The notes beneath the pieces were generated by a model. It searched no databases and was not told the DNA's origin. It saw nothing but the letters and a program-made list of their open reading frames with translations. DNA of 64,000 bases from Geosiphon pyriformis uo1 (taxonomy: Eukaryota > Fungi > Glomeromycota): NCBI GenBank assembly GCA_016748015.1, contig JAAOMT010000664.1, forward strand, positions 132,715-196,714, written 5' to 3'. Positions 24,300 to 37,304 of the stretch are shown here, piece after piece. Each line of letters begins with the position of its first letter. The first letter of the stretch is position 1. Position numbers and translations under genes: made by a program.

Positions 24300-27064
24300 T
24301 TATTAGACTGTTACATGATTAACTTGATAAGCTTCGAAAACATGATTACTTAAAAAAGATATTAGAAAGTTAATAATAGATAATAGTTGTGATTTTATTA
24401 ACAGATTTATATTTTTTGATGATCTGCTTCTTCACTTGTTACTGAAATTGGTTTTCAAATACCTAACAATATTTTCTTAATTTGTCTTGCTTTAAAAAAG
24501 TCTATTCTTTTTATCCATGCAATTTTACTGAATTTTTTCATTTCTTTGCTTAATATTCATTTATGGCCAATATTACAAAAAACACAATTAAAGACATTTG
24601 GATTTACAAACTGTGTCTTTTTTATCTGAACTCAAAATTGATTTGATTCAGCAATAAAGCTAAGACGTGTATGAGACCTGTATATTTCATTTTTAGAATA
24701 TTCGATAACATTAAAGAGATTAGTATGTAATTTCTTAAATTTGATATAGTTATGCACTGCAATTTCCCAATGCCATTGTGAAGGTATAGAAAGAATCAAT
24801 GATTTGAGCATTTTATTAATTTCTTCAAGTATTGTATCATGGCCTTAATGTTGATTTAAAAGTTTAGATTGAGAAATTACAATTCTTTCTTGAATCAGCT
24901 TGCAAACTTCAGGCTTCAATTGTAGCCATTGTTTTTCATCAGCAATTTCAATTAATTGGTAAATAGGATGGTGCTAAGTAGACCAAATTGGTACAAACAT
25001 TTGTCTAGCCATGAGTTTTAATGAAAACTTATTGAAACAAACTCCAGTGTGAAAGTTAATAATTGTTTGTAAATAAAAAAAGACTTGTTTATACTTTAAC
25101 CTAAACATAGAATCTGTTTCATTTTGGGCCTATTCTAAGTAACCTTCAACAGATAGATTTTTTTTAGAAACAACATATAACCACATTAATTTGAAAGCCA
25201 TTGTATGCCTATATATATTACATATTGAATTTTATGACTTATAATGATCAGAACATTTTTTAAAAAACTGCAGTTAACTTTCACTCCAATATTCTTAACA
25301 TTGTGCAAAGTATTTTATATCAATATTCCAATTCAGCTTAACAAATGCTTTTAACATATTCATCTCTTCATAAAGAGCATTTGGAACCAATATAAGCCAA
25401 GAAAAATTTTTTTTGATCATTTGTGCACAATGATAAGATATTTCATCACATGTTACTACAATCCATCTGTGGCTATCATTTTTAATACCAGATAGTTTTT
25501 TAATATGCTCAAAAACCTTTTGAATATTGGCAATTGAGTTTAGGTTTATGGCTATTGGATCAGGAATATATAATTGCAGCATATAAACCTCAATTTTTGG
25601 ATACAATTGTGCATTTTCAAATGTGTAAGAATAAAGAATGGGTTTTTTGGTAATGTCAACTGATTCATTCAATTAATTCATCTTAGTGATTGTTAGTAAT
25701 TTGTTATGACATGTAGAACAAACTCGCTTTTTATTATTAATGTTAGACAATTGACAAGCTGGGCATTTTTTTAGAGAACCAATTTGGCTTTGATGTTGTA
25801 CTAATTTATCAATCATATTTGTTTCTTGACTTTTTTCTGCACAAAACTTTTCTAAAATAATAGTAAGATAATTAGTAAGTTCTTTATGAATTTCATTTAT
25901 CATACCTAAAGTTAAAGAAAATAATTTTTCATATTCCTTTTCAGGAAGTTCAGAATACAACCAAGAATCTATATTTTGAATATTATTAATTTAATCATAA
26001 TTAAAAGCAACAAAACTCGTAATAATATTGAATATGACTGTATTATATTCACAATCTAAGTAATTTTTTTGACCTTTTTGTTTATTGTCAAAGGCTAAAA
26101 ATAAAAATTTTTTGGAAAGCTTTGACTGTTCTATAGCCAAACTTTCTAACCAGTTAGTAAACTTTTTATAGTAACCAGAACTTATAATATGATTATCAAT
26201 ATCAATAACTATTTTTGATCTTGCTATTGAATATTTGATTGCTGAAGTGGCTAAATTTATAGCAGAAACATATTTTAAGTACCTTGATCTGTATATAGCA
26301 TCAACTGCTACAGCACACTTAAAAAGCTTTTCCCTTTCATTTTGATATTCATCTTCATTATAAGTAAGAGTTTCAATAAATCTTACAATAACTGGATTTT
26401 GTTTTACAAGTCATGTTAAAGGACAATACTTTAAAAGACTATTTAGACTAAAACATTTATGATTTTTTTTCAAACTTATTATATTATTATACAAATTACC
26501 TCATTCCTTTTTGGTAATTTTTTTTACAGATTTAATATAATCTTGTTGATTATTAAATGCTTTATTTAATTGCTTTTTTAATGTCGCATTCTCAGATAAT
26601 AATTGCTGATTGATATCTTCTAGTTCTTATATTTGTTTTATATAAACTTTATATATTAGATCTGGCAAGAATACTTGGACTCCAAAATCAGAAAAAGTTT
26701 TTTCTAATTCTAACAACTTGTTATCATTAGAAAGTTTTGGTCTTTTTTTTTCTGTTTTTTCTAAATCTAAAAAAGTTAAATTATTTGATTTAGTAATTCG
26801 TTTAATAAAAGACTTTTTAACAACAATCTGATTATAATGTCTTTCACATAAAAAGTAATTGTTTAGAGAATTAAATAATATAGTTAATCTAGGAAAATAC
26901 TTAGTTATTTCTATTATTCTTTCTGCTACAATATTAGCTGATACATGTTGCCATCTTTGACTTTCCTTGATCTTATATTTTACTAATTGACTTTTGTCAT
27001 ATTCACTGATAAGAGATTCCAACAAACAGGGTAAGTCTTTGGCATTTATTATAAAGCAAGACAT
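24300..27064 (-). pseudogene. Decayed large DDE-like transposase with CxxC zinc finger (DUF6589-like; class uncertain)
   Basis: Collinear ORF fragments 27064-25295 with LAFDN, CPAC..CSTC, VVTCDE, ALYEEMNMLK and downstream GHDTILEEINK (~24815-24845); 3' boundary approximate. Confidence 0.55.
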
Positions 27065-27314
27065 AATTTTAAATCCAATTTAATAAAAAACTACTATGTA
27101 AAGTTGCATGAATCTTTATAGATTCTGAAACTTTGTGTTTATAAAAGTATGTTTCTACTATTAGTTTCGATTTTTATATGAAGTATTTGATTAATAAAGT
27201 ATTATCAAATTCTCTATGCTAATAATGCTAAACACTAATTAGATTACAAAAATTTTTTGTGGATTATTCCAGAATTGATCTACGAAATTTAAAATCTTCC
27301 TGAGTGTACTTAAG

Positions 27315-28390
27315 ACAAAAGCTCAATATTCAAAACTTGTATATTGATAAAACAAAATAAATGTTTAATATGACAATATTATAGCAAATAAAACAATTTG
27401 TGAAAAAAAACAATCTATCTACATAAGCATAAGCAATATATTAATTATAAGCAGAATTCTATGAACATTTAGAAATACTGTTATATCCAATAATAAATAC
27501 AGTAATCATTAATCAATTGGAAAAAATTACCAATGCCCAATTCAAAAAATTACAGACCAAAATTGTTCAAGTAATTTTAAAGAAAGAAGTAATGAAATTA
27601 ATTCAAGAGAAAGATTTAGAAGAGCTAAAAGATTTAAAAGATCTTAATAAAGCTTAATATTAAAAAGAAGGAATAATATTACTTATAAAAATAGAAATTA
27701 TAATAGGTAAAAAAATAGCCAATAAGAAAAAAACATAGTAAATAGAAAAATTTCAAAATTTTTTTCAAAGAAATTAAAAAATTTCAAAAAATCTTGTATA
27801 ACACAAATTATGTATATATAATGAGAATATTAAAAACAGAAAAATAGATAATTGAAAATTCAAATACAAAACATAGTTAAAAATAAGTAATTATTCAATA
27901 TTTCTCTTTTTAAAAAATAGTTTTTTAGAATTTGAAGTCGAATTATATTTATATTAATAAAATTATTTATTATTATTCAATTTATATTATTATTACTTGA
28001 TTAAAAAATATTAATCAATTCCATACTATTAACATGAAGTGTTGATAAAATTTAATATTTAATTATACTAGACCAATAGCTTTTAATTATAACTATTAAC
28101 AAAATACTAATTTTTTATTTTTTATTTTTAATTTAATTTATTTTATTTTCTTTGTTGTTTACTAATTAATTAAAATAATTAAGTGCTAAAAAATTGACAT
28201 AAAAAATAACCTGGTAAAAAATCTGAAAACAAGAGTAGAAATTTAAGAATAGTTTACCAAAAGAGCACAATTGTTAACAATAAATAGTTTAAGAAAACTA
28301 AAGCTTTGCTTAATTATGAGCTGTGTTAATTAATTATTAAATATGGTGAAAAGCCCATTATAATTAAGTATTGCTATTAAACAACATTTT
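27315..28390 (+). mobile_element. Family A-related fragment A4: end of ORF3, purine tract and partial divergent LTR (from 27677)
   Basis: Homology to 14340-15250 (EKITNAQF..LQTKI..DLNKA); AAAAAGAAGGAATAA then TATTAC. Confidence 0.7.
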
Positions 28391-28399
28391 TTTTAGTAT

Positions 28400-29422
28400 T
28401 TAAGCAAAGTTCAAAAGAAAAACAATCAAATAAATCAGATAATGAAAAAAATAATGAAAAAAAACAAAAAAAATTGCTGAACTTGTTTATATTATTTTTA
28501 CCAAAAATGACAAATTACTAAATAATATTAAAGCTGACAAAAAAAAATTATTATAAATGGCAAGTTGATTTGTTGACTTTATTATAATATTCTTAGAAAA
28601 ATCTTTGATAGAAAAACTTGACAAAAAAGCCAAATACAGTTATTAATAATATGGTTTTTATATCTAGTGCTAGTGCAATAAACTATTATATTTTTTTAAT
28701 AATGAATGCAAATTTTGCTTAATTTATTACAAAAATTGAGAACTAATTAGCTTAATACCAAGAGAAAAAATAAAAGAAGTATAAAAAATTTTTGAAAATA
28801 AACTATCTGAAATACAATTAATAGTAATAAAACAAAAAAAACTCTTTCTAAAAAAAAATTGATATTAAAAATCTGTTAGCTAAAAATAGCCCAATTATCT
28901 TAAAAAAAAATAATACTTTTAGATGTACTTATATAATATAATATATTTTATCTATTTGAAGTCTTATCAGTCTAATTGTTACAATGATAAATTCATCAAG
29001 AAAAAAATAACCAGATAAAAAATCTTGAATTTATACAAAAAACCAAGAGTAAATAGGTCTTTTTAGTTGTAGTGATATTCAAAAAAAGTAAAACTCAATG
29101 CTTCTGTATTGACTACTGCCAATTAAATGACATCACTAAAAAAAACATGTATCTACTTTCCAAAATTGATATAATACTAGACCAATTCAATAGTACTGCT
29201 TTTTTTTTAACTATTAATTTAACTGCTGGATTCTAACAAATAGAGATAGATTCAGAAAGCAAAAAAAAACTGTCTTTATTATTAAGTATAGCATTTACAA
29301 ATCTACAGTTATGTTTTTTGGTCTTATTAATGCTCTTTCTATCTTTTAATACTTAATAAACAAAGTATTTAAATCAATAAAAAAAAACTTTGCTCTAGTT
29401 TATTTAGATAATATAATAATAT
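28400..29422 (+). mobile_element. Family B fragment B-i (post-protease region to RT YLDD), heavily decayed
   Basis: Collinear with 44550-45570; ends at the YLD motif where the next LTR is inserted. Confidence 0.75.
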
Positions 29423-30504
29423 TATTACAAATTGGAATAACAAACTAATAGATAGCAAAAAAGAACAGAATTATAGAATAATAAAAATAATTAAAGAAAA
29501 AATTACAATAAAAGAGTAAATTGAATAAGTAAGAATTTAATGTGCATAATTTTGAAATCTGAAGATAAAAAAATAGTCTGTAATTAGTAACAAAATAATA
29601 CTAATATTATAATTTTATGTCTTAATTTGGCAATTTTTAGAATTAATAACAGATATTATTGTGTTTTTTAATTGTTTCTTTATTTAATAAATTACAAAAG
29701 CAAGCAATTACTTCTTAGACTAATTCTAACAATACAAATTAAGAAGAAAAAAGATAAGATATGTGAATGCCAACAAGTAATCATTTATTTCAAGATGTTT
29801 AAATACTTAAAAATAAGGAAAAAAATAAGCAATATAAGAAAAAGTAATTAATAGTGAGTTTTATTTTATTACTTTAATTATGTTTTTTTATAGTTAAAAA
29901 ACTTATCACTTATATAGCTATTAAAAATGGTCAACAACCAAATTATTGATTAGGTTAATAATCAGATCATTAATCAAATCAATAATTAAATTAATAATTA
30001 GGTTAATAATCAAGTTATTGATCAGATTACTAATTACTATCTAAAAATAAAGTGGTTAATTATATAACATTAATGGTTAATACATGTAATAACTAATAAA
30101 AACTATGAGTTTTAATCATAGCATCTTTTTTTTAAAAAGATTGAGCTTTGGCAAAATCAAGCTATTTATAAAGTAGTCTATTTAAAAAGTTTTGTTTAAT
30201 TTAAAGCTAATTAGTTTGTTGAAGTTTTTTGTAAATAAAATATATAATATTTGAAATAAAATAAGTTTTGTATTCAAGAAACTAAATTTTTGTACAAGAA
30301 TTTTGGCTCTTTTAACAATAGTTAAAACTTTTGAAACATTTAATCATATAATGCTCAAAATTTCTACTTGTATTTTTGAAATTGTTTTTTTATAAGCTTT
30401 ATGTTTTCTATAATTTTACCAAATCAACCATAAAGCTTTAATTATTTTCTATATAATAGGTTTTTGTCTATAAATAAGATTTTTTTAATTGTTTTTCTAA
30501 GTAT
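29423..30504 (-). mobile_element. Family B fragment B-ii (3' LTR 29423-30123, PPT, end of ORF3)
   Basis: Collinear with 39931-41050. Confidence 0.8.
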
Positions 30505-33500
30505 TGTTATGATTGAAATTCATACTTTTTATTAGTTATTACATGTATTAGCCACTAATATTATATAATTAGCCACCCTATTTTTAGATAGTGATTATTG
30601 ACTTGATCAATAACTTGACTGTTAACTTGATTATTAATCTAATCAATAACCTGATCATTGACTTAATCATTGACCTGACTATTGACTTGGTTGTTGACTA
30701 TTTTCAATAGCTATATAAGTAATAAGTCTTTTAGCTGAAAAAAACATAATCAAAATAACGAAATAAAATACTATTAATTACTTCCTCTTATATCACTTAT
30801 TCTCTTTTTTCTATCTTTAAGTATTTGAACATCTTAGGATAAAAGATTACTTGTTGGTATTCATATATCTTATCTTTTTTTTTTTATATTGTTAAAATTA
30901 GCCTAAAAAACAATTGCTTGCTTTTGTGATTTATTAAATAAAAAAATAATTGAAAAACATAACAATACCTGTTATTAATTTTAAGAATTGCCAAGTTGAA
31001 ACATAGAATAATAACAGCAGTATTATCTTGTTGACAATTATAGACTATTTTTTTACCTTTAAATTTTCAGAAAAGATTTGCGACTGTAATTTTTATGAGA
31101 CTAATCATGTACATTGAATTCTTACTTATTTAATTTCCTCCCCTATTGTAATTCTTTCTTTGATTATTTTCATTATTCTATAATACTGTTCTCCTTTGCT
31201 ATTTATTAGCTTGTTACTTTAACTTATAACATAAAAGTGGTGCTCTTTGTGAAGTTGTCAAAATCCACTTTGTTTCTTATTGTATGGGTAATTATTTATA
31301 TCTGTTACAACAATCAGAAAAACACTTTAAAGCACACAACAAAAATGATTTAAATTTTATTGAACTTAATCTTTTGCCCTCCTGCTTGATTTGCTTTCCT
31401 ATTGAAAAACAATCCAGTAGACAATTCCAAGACTTTTGGAACTGGTTCCTAAATAAGCATTCAGTTGAAACCAACACAGTCTATACAACTTATTACTTTA
31501 ACCAAACTTATTTTAAAGACAACTTTGAAAAAAAAAAACAGTATTAATCAGCTTTTATATTTCACAACATTTGAACAACAGTTTTCTAATTTTGAATATC
31601 TGAATCACCAAATTTACATTTAAATTGCTGCTCATTAACTAGCTAAAACTTCCTTTAAAACAGAAAAAAAAAGCTATTAAACCACTTCTGTTTTTGATTT
31701 CTTCTTAAGTAAATCAGAACATTTTATACAAACAGCTATTCTTGAACCAATAGCTAATGACTCTATACAACAAAACATTCTGGCTGTCTTTCAAGATATA
31801 CAAACTGCTTTAAGATAAAAAAACAACATTCCACTACTATTATTTAAAAGTAATGCACAAGATCTAATTGAATGATTGGATGACTTTGAAAAAGCTACTA
31901 CAGCCAACCAATATAATAATAAATATAAGTTCCAAATCATTGATGGCTATCTCCAAAGCTCTTTTACTACTTTGTTCTTACAAAAAACTGTTGTTGGTGC
32001 TTATCAAAAAATTATTAGATAGACACTAACAAATACTAAAGAAAAAAACATTTTTTTACAACTTGGTTTGAAACTAAATTTAAAACTTCTATTTTAATCT
32101 TAAAATAACATATAAAATTAAAAAAAAAACCCAAGATCCTGGTAAAGTTGTAACTGAATATGCCAAAGCAATCAGAAAACTAATTAAACAAGTAGACTCT
32201 AAAAAAAATTGGACAGAAAAGCAAAAGATTTATTTCTTTACAAAAAAATTAAGAACTGATCTTTTCTATGTTCTTTGGCTCCTCCTGGCTCTAAAAGATA
32301 ATTTCACAATAGATATGACTATTAAACTTGTCCAAAAAATAGAAACAATCAAAGAATACACCTAAGATCTATATTTCTAGTTTTTGTTCTTGTTTTTGTT
32401 ATAGCTCTTTGCTTTACAAATAGCTGTTACTTCTTTTGCTGCCCAAACTCAAGACTCAAATAAACAATTAATAGATAGACTTACAGCTAATTTTGCTTGG
32501 TTATTGAAACTCTTAATCCAAACAGTTAAAGATAACCAGCAACTACAAGATCTAGATTTGAATCCTGTTTTAATCAGCCTTAGCAACTCTTTTATTAAAA
32601 ACAACAAAATCATGGCCTATCTGTATATTATTGTTGTAGATTAATTGAACATTTTTTCAGAGATTACAACAATTCTCCTTTAGCTCCTAAAAATAATGAT
32701 AACCAGAACAATAGAATTAACAACAATAATATTCTTAATTAAAGACCTAATCATGCCAACATTAACTTTTTTAGAGAGGATTCCTTAGTTGAAGCTACTG
32801 TTTATCAGCTTTTAAACTGGTAGGTATATCTTCAAAAGATGAAAGTACAAACCAACCAAAAAAAAACCTTTTTTATGCTTTTAACTTAACTAATAATGAC
32901 CATAATATGAATAAACTAGCAATCAACACTTCTGAATCAACAAAAAAAAAAGAAGACCAAGGTTAATTTTATTTTGGATCCAAACAAAGTATCCACATTA
33001 ATTGCTAATAACAATGAGCCATTAAGAGCAAAGTTTTTAAGAATTCTTCAAAGTTAGAACTCCAGAAATTGTACAAAAATCTGGTCTTTATTCTGTTGTT
33101 AAAGATCTTATGAAAACTCCAGTTCACATAATCTTTGGCCAGTTAATAATCCATCCACAATTCAGAAAAAACTTTCACAAATCTTTGATTCTAAAGAAGA
33201 AAACACCAAAAACCAACAAGTGTTCTTGCCAAGCTAGACTTACTGACAACAGCAATGTCATTTCTCTGATTTGCAAAGCCCAAGTGGCTGGCTACTTTAT
33301 TGATCTGATCTTAGACAGTAAATTATCTGTCAATGTTATTGCCAAACATTTTCTTGAAGCAATTGGCAGAAAGATTGATGAACTTTCAACTAAACTAATA
33401 ATTAATATACATAATAACAAAAAGAAGATCTGGGCATAGCCAAAACTGTTTCTGTTTGTATCAATAGTATTAGCATTGAAACTGACATAAAAGTATTTAA

Positions 33501-33843
33501 AGCAAAAAAGTACACCATTATTGTTGACAATAAATGGTTCAAAAAAGCCAAAGCATTACTTGACTATGAATTTTGTGAGCTAACCATTAGATGTGATAAG
33601 AAGTCTATTGTAGTTAAGTGTCATTATTAAACAACTCTTTCAGTACCAAAACAAAATCAAGAAAATAAGCAATTAGATGAATTAGATGATAAAGAGAGCA
33701 ATGAAGAAGAAGATCAAGAAAAACAAGAAAAAACTGTTAAACTTACTTATACTAACTTTACTAGCAATGACAAACCACTGAACAATATTAAAGCTGACAA
33801 AAAAAAAGTTATTGTAAATGACAAAATAATCTGCTGGCCCTAC
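30505..33843 (+). mobile_element. Family B fragment B-iii (5' LTR 30505-31231, PBS, gag, frameshift site, PR)
   Basis: TAACATAAAAGTGGTGCTC; gag start at 31284; TTTAAAC at 32811-32817; PR ILDSKLSV in 33110-33439. Confidence 0.85.
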
Positions 33844-34328
33844 TGTTATGGGTTGAAATAACAAGTTAACAGATAACAAGAGAGAATAAAATTGTAAGGT
33901 GATGAAAGAAATCAAAGAAAATTCAATTTCAAAGAACAAATTAAATAAGTATGAATTTAATATACAAGATCAGTTTCATAAAATATCTTAGTCACTATAT
34001 TTCTCAAAAAATAACTGGAAAATCTGAAGGTAGAAAAATAATCTGTACTGTTAACAAATAATTACACACTAATATAATTTTATGTCTCACATCAGCACTC
34101 TTAAAATTTAATATCAGGTCTTAAATGTATTCTTCAGTTATATTTTATTCAATAATCTTCAAATGCTACAATTACATGTTTCAGAAAAAGGTAGAAAATA
34201 ACCAACAAGTAATTTTTTATCTTAAAATGTTCAGATACTTAAAGATAAAGAAAAAAATATTAGTGATAAGAAAAAAATTGAGATAAAAGTTGTTATTTTA
34301 TTTATTTTATTTATTTGATTTTTGACAT
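33844..34328 (-). repeat. Partial family B LTR (B-iv), interrupted by A3
   Basis: Collinear with 39931-40390. Confidence 0.8.
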
Positions 34329-35183
34329 AGTTACAGGTAATTATTTGGGGTCTCAAAGCAAATAACAAACTCATAACTTGGTGCTCAATTGATATAATGA
34401 TGTTGATTACTAAAGGTGGTTTGTATCTGAAGATTTTGGTTAAGTTCTTTGTATAATGAACAGAGATTCAATAGTTGTTTTTAGTAGCCTCCCAGAATCG
34501 CAATTCCATTAATTCTTTTCTTGGCTTGGTGGCCAGCAATCCTCTGGTAAGTAATCCATAATTCTTTTATGTGCTTTACCTACTTGCAAGAGTCTTTTAC
34601 CAGGCAATCCTTGACATCAATAATTCAGTGCTTAATCCTTAATCAATTTAATAAACAACAAAAAAAATAACAATAAAAAATAACAGAAAACAAAAAAAAA
34701 TAAAAAAAATAAGCCAAGGCGATTTTGCAAGTTAGTATCCCATCAATAACCATAATCAAAAGCTATTGTTCCAGTGTGGTTAAGTATGAATTACTATCAA
34801 CATAAAGTGTTAATAGTGGAAAATAGATTGAGATAGTAAACAATTATTTATTAATATTTGTAATATGAAAAGTTGCTTAGATCAGATCTAAACTAAGAGG
34901 TCTGTTTTTTTTACTTTTAACTCTACTGTTATATATACATAATTGAGATTTTTCAATTCCTTAATTTTTTACACCAGAAATCTTGGAATTCCTGGAATCC
35001 TGCAATTTTTTTTGAAAAAATCTTGGAATTCTAGAATCCTGTGATTCCTTGTATGAGAATCCTAAAATTTCTGGAATTCTGCAATTCTTCTTGAGAGAAA
35101 TCCTGGAATTCCACATTTACTATGGCTATTTTTCATTGGCTAATTTTATATGCTAATATATTTCCTATATTTTATGAGTAACA
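34329..35183 (-). repeat. A3 3' LTR
   Basis: Matches 59127-59722; preceded by PPT on the minus strand. Confidence 0.9.
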
Positions 35184-35211
35184 TTATTCTCTCCTTTTTT
35201 TTTTTTTTTTT

Positions 35212-35870
35212 AATATTGAGCTTTGTCAAGATCTTCCAAATCTCTTAACTCTAATTCTCTATCTTTAAGTATTTCTTGAACTTCTTTTTTAAGAATTACT
35301 TGAGTTATCTTGTTTTGTAACTCTTTAAATTGAGTATTGGTTATTTTTTCCATTTGGTTAACTGTAATAGAGTCCATTTCTGGATTAAGTAAAATTTCTG
35401 ACCTGTTTTGAAACCCAGTATGTAGTCAATAGATGGCTCTTTTTTGTGTAGTCAAATTGTTCTTTCCCACAAATTGTTTTAGTTGTTATAGTATTGTTGT
35501 GTCAAATAATTGTTTTGTGTTATCTGTGTATGTTTAAGTGTCATTCCAAGTGAAAATAACAAAAGTTTCTTAGAAATTTGTGTATTCATTATTTCCAAAT
35601 TTCTTTGGTTAACTCTTGATATGTGGTAACACTTATTGGTTCTTCTATGGCTAATTTTATTTTCAGAACCATTTTGTTGATAGTGTTTTCTGTTTTCTTT
35701 TGATTTTTGTATTTGGGTATCTTTCTGGTATTTCAGTATTGAATGGTTTGTTGATTAATAGTAATTTCTATATTCTGTTGTTAAATCAGTTAAAAAAATT
35801 GTTGTGTTAGTGAATGAATGTTGTCAGTAATTTCCATTTTTTTGAAGTCTTCCATTATGTTTATCATGTC
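35212..35870 (-). pseudogene. A3 ORF3 (accessory ORF after integrase)
   Basis: Homologous to A2 14124-14675; ends DLDKAQY* just before the PPT. Confidence 0.7.
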
Positions 35871-35981
35871 TTTATATACTTTTTTTAGTGTTCAATTTTA
35901 CATGCTTGGTTCAATGATTATGATTGGTTTCAGATCTCATAGAATCTCATCTGATTGGACTAGTATTCTCTGTACTCCTAA

Positions 35982-37274
35982 TTATAGAATATTACTGGTG
36001 GATGATGACACTATATAGTAATATGGTTTCAGTTGATTACTATGTGCTGCTTTGACTAAGATTTTGTTGTCCCATCTTAATTTATAAGCTCCATTTCTAA
36101 GAATTTCTTTTATGTAAAATGGTCCATCCCATTTGGGGTCAAATTTTCTACTCCATTGTTTTTCCACTTTGGTACAATATAAAAGTACTTTGTCTCTAAT
36201 TCTGAATTCAACTGGTTTATCTGGTAGTTGGTTATTATGTCTTTTTTTTTGTTTCTTTTGTGACTTTTGGATGTTATTAGCTGCTCTTTGTTATTTGTTT
36301 TCTAGTGTTTTCATTAAGTCATATGTTTTTCTTAGCAATGTTTCCTGGAAATTGTCTTCAGTTATTGTTTCTGTTAGATAAGTGTTGACTTCTATCTCAA
36401 CTGGTAATGTTGTTATTCTACTATATATTAATTCAAATGATGTTGCTTGTGTAGTGTTCTGCTTTATTGTCTGATAAGCAAATAATACTGATGGTATAAA
36501 CAAGTCTTATTTATTCTGGTTTTTTTGACTGATTTTGGTGATTGCTTTACATAATATTCTGTTAAATCTTTCAACTAACCCATTTGTTTGTGGATGATAT
36601 GATAATGATAATGGTCTTTTTATTTCAAATCTTTAACTTAATTCTGTCAATGTTCTGTTTACAAAGTGAGTTCCTTAATCTAATAGTAGTTCTTTTGGAC
36701 ATTCATGTTAACAGATCAAGTCTTGATGAACAAATTCAACAACAGATTCTGCATCTGCTCTTTGAATGACTTTTGCTTCTGGCCATTTAGTGAGATAATT
36801 TATGGCTACTGCAATATATCTGTTGCCTTTGTTAGTTATTGTTAATGGTCTGACTAGGGCAATTCCAATTCAATCGAATAGTTGTTCCACTTTGATTGGT
36901 TTTAATGGTTTATTTGGTCTTGCTCTTCCTTTTCTCTGACAAGCATCACAATTCTGAACATATTGGATGATATCTGGATACATTAATGGCTAATAGTATC
37001 TTTTTCTAGTTCTTTTTATGGTTGTTTTTTTATGAAAGTGTCTTGTTGTTAGATCTGAGTGCATGTTGAACAATATTGTCTCTTTTTTTGGATCTGTAAT
37101 TACTCTTGTTGGCTGGTTTAGATTTCTTCTGTTTTTTTGGTACAGTATATTTTGATGATTGATAAAATGTTTTGATTGCTGTTTTATGTTATTTTGTTCC
37201 TTTTGAGATAATTTTTCCTTGAACAATTGGGTATTTATATAATGTTGAAGTTGTTGGTATTTTTGGATATTCAT
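35982..37274 (-). pseudogene. A3 integrase (HHCC, DDE core, GPF motif, no chromodomain seen)
   Basis: MHSD..HF..CDAC, QTNGLVERFN, LFAY, PKWDGPFYI. Confidence 0.88.
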
Positions 37275-37304
37275 CTTTTATTATATTTTTGGGTTGAAAT
37301 GTTT

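Noticed and set aside
22877-24300. Unassigned AT-rich segment with ORF 23390-23644 and three 18-nt imperfect repeats (~23662-23717)
   Set aside because: No recognisable motifs; too decayed to assign from sequence alone
24255-27312. GTACAC-containing ends as TIRs of the DDE element
   Set aside because: The match is only about 6 nt and does not extend
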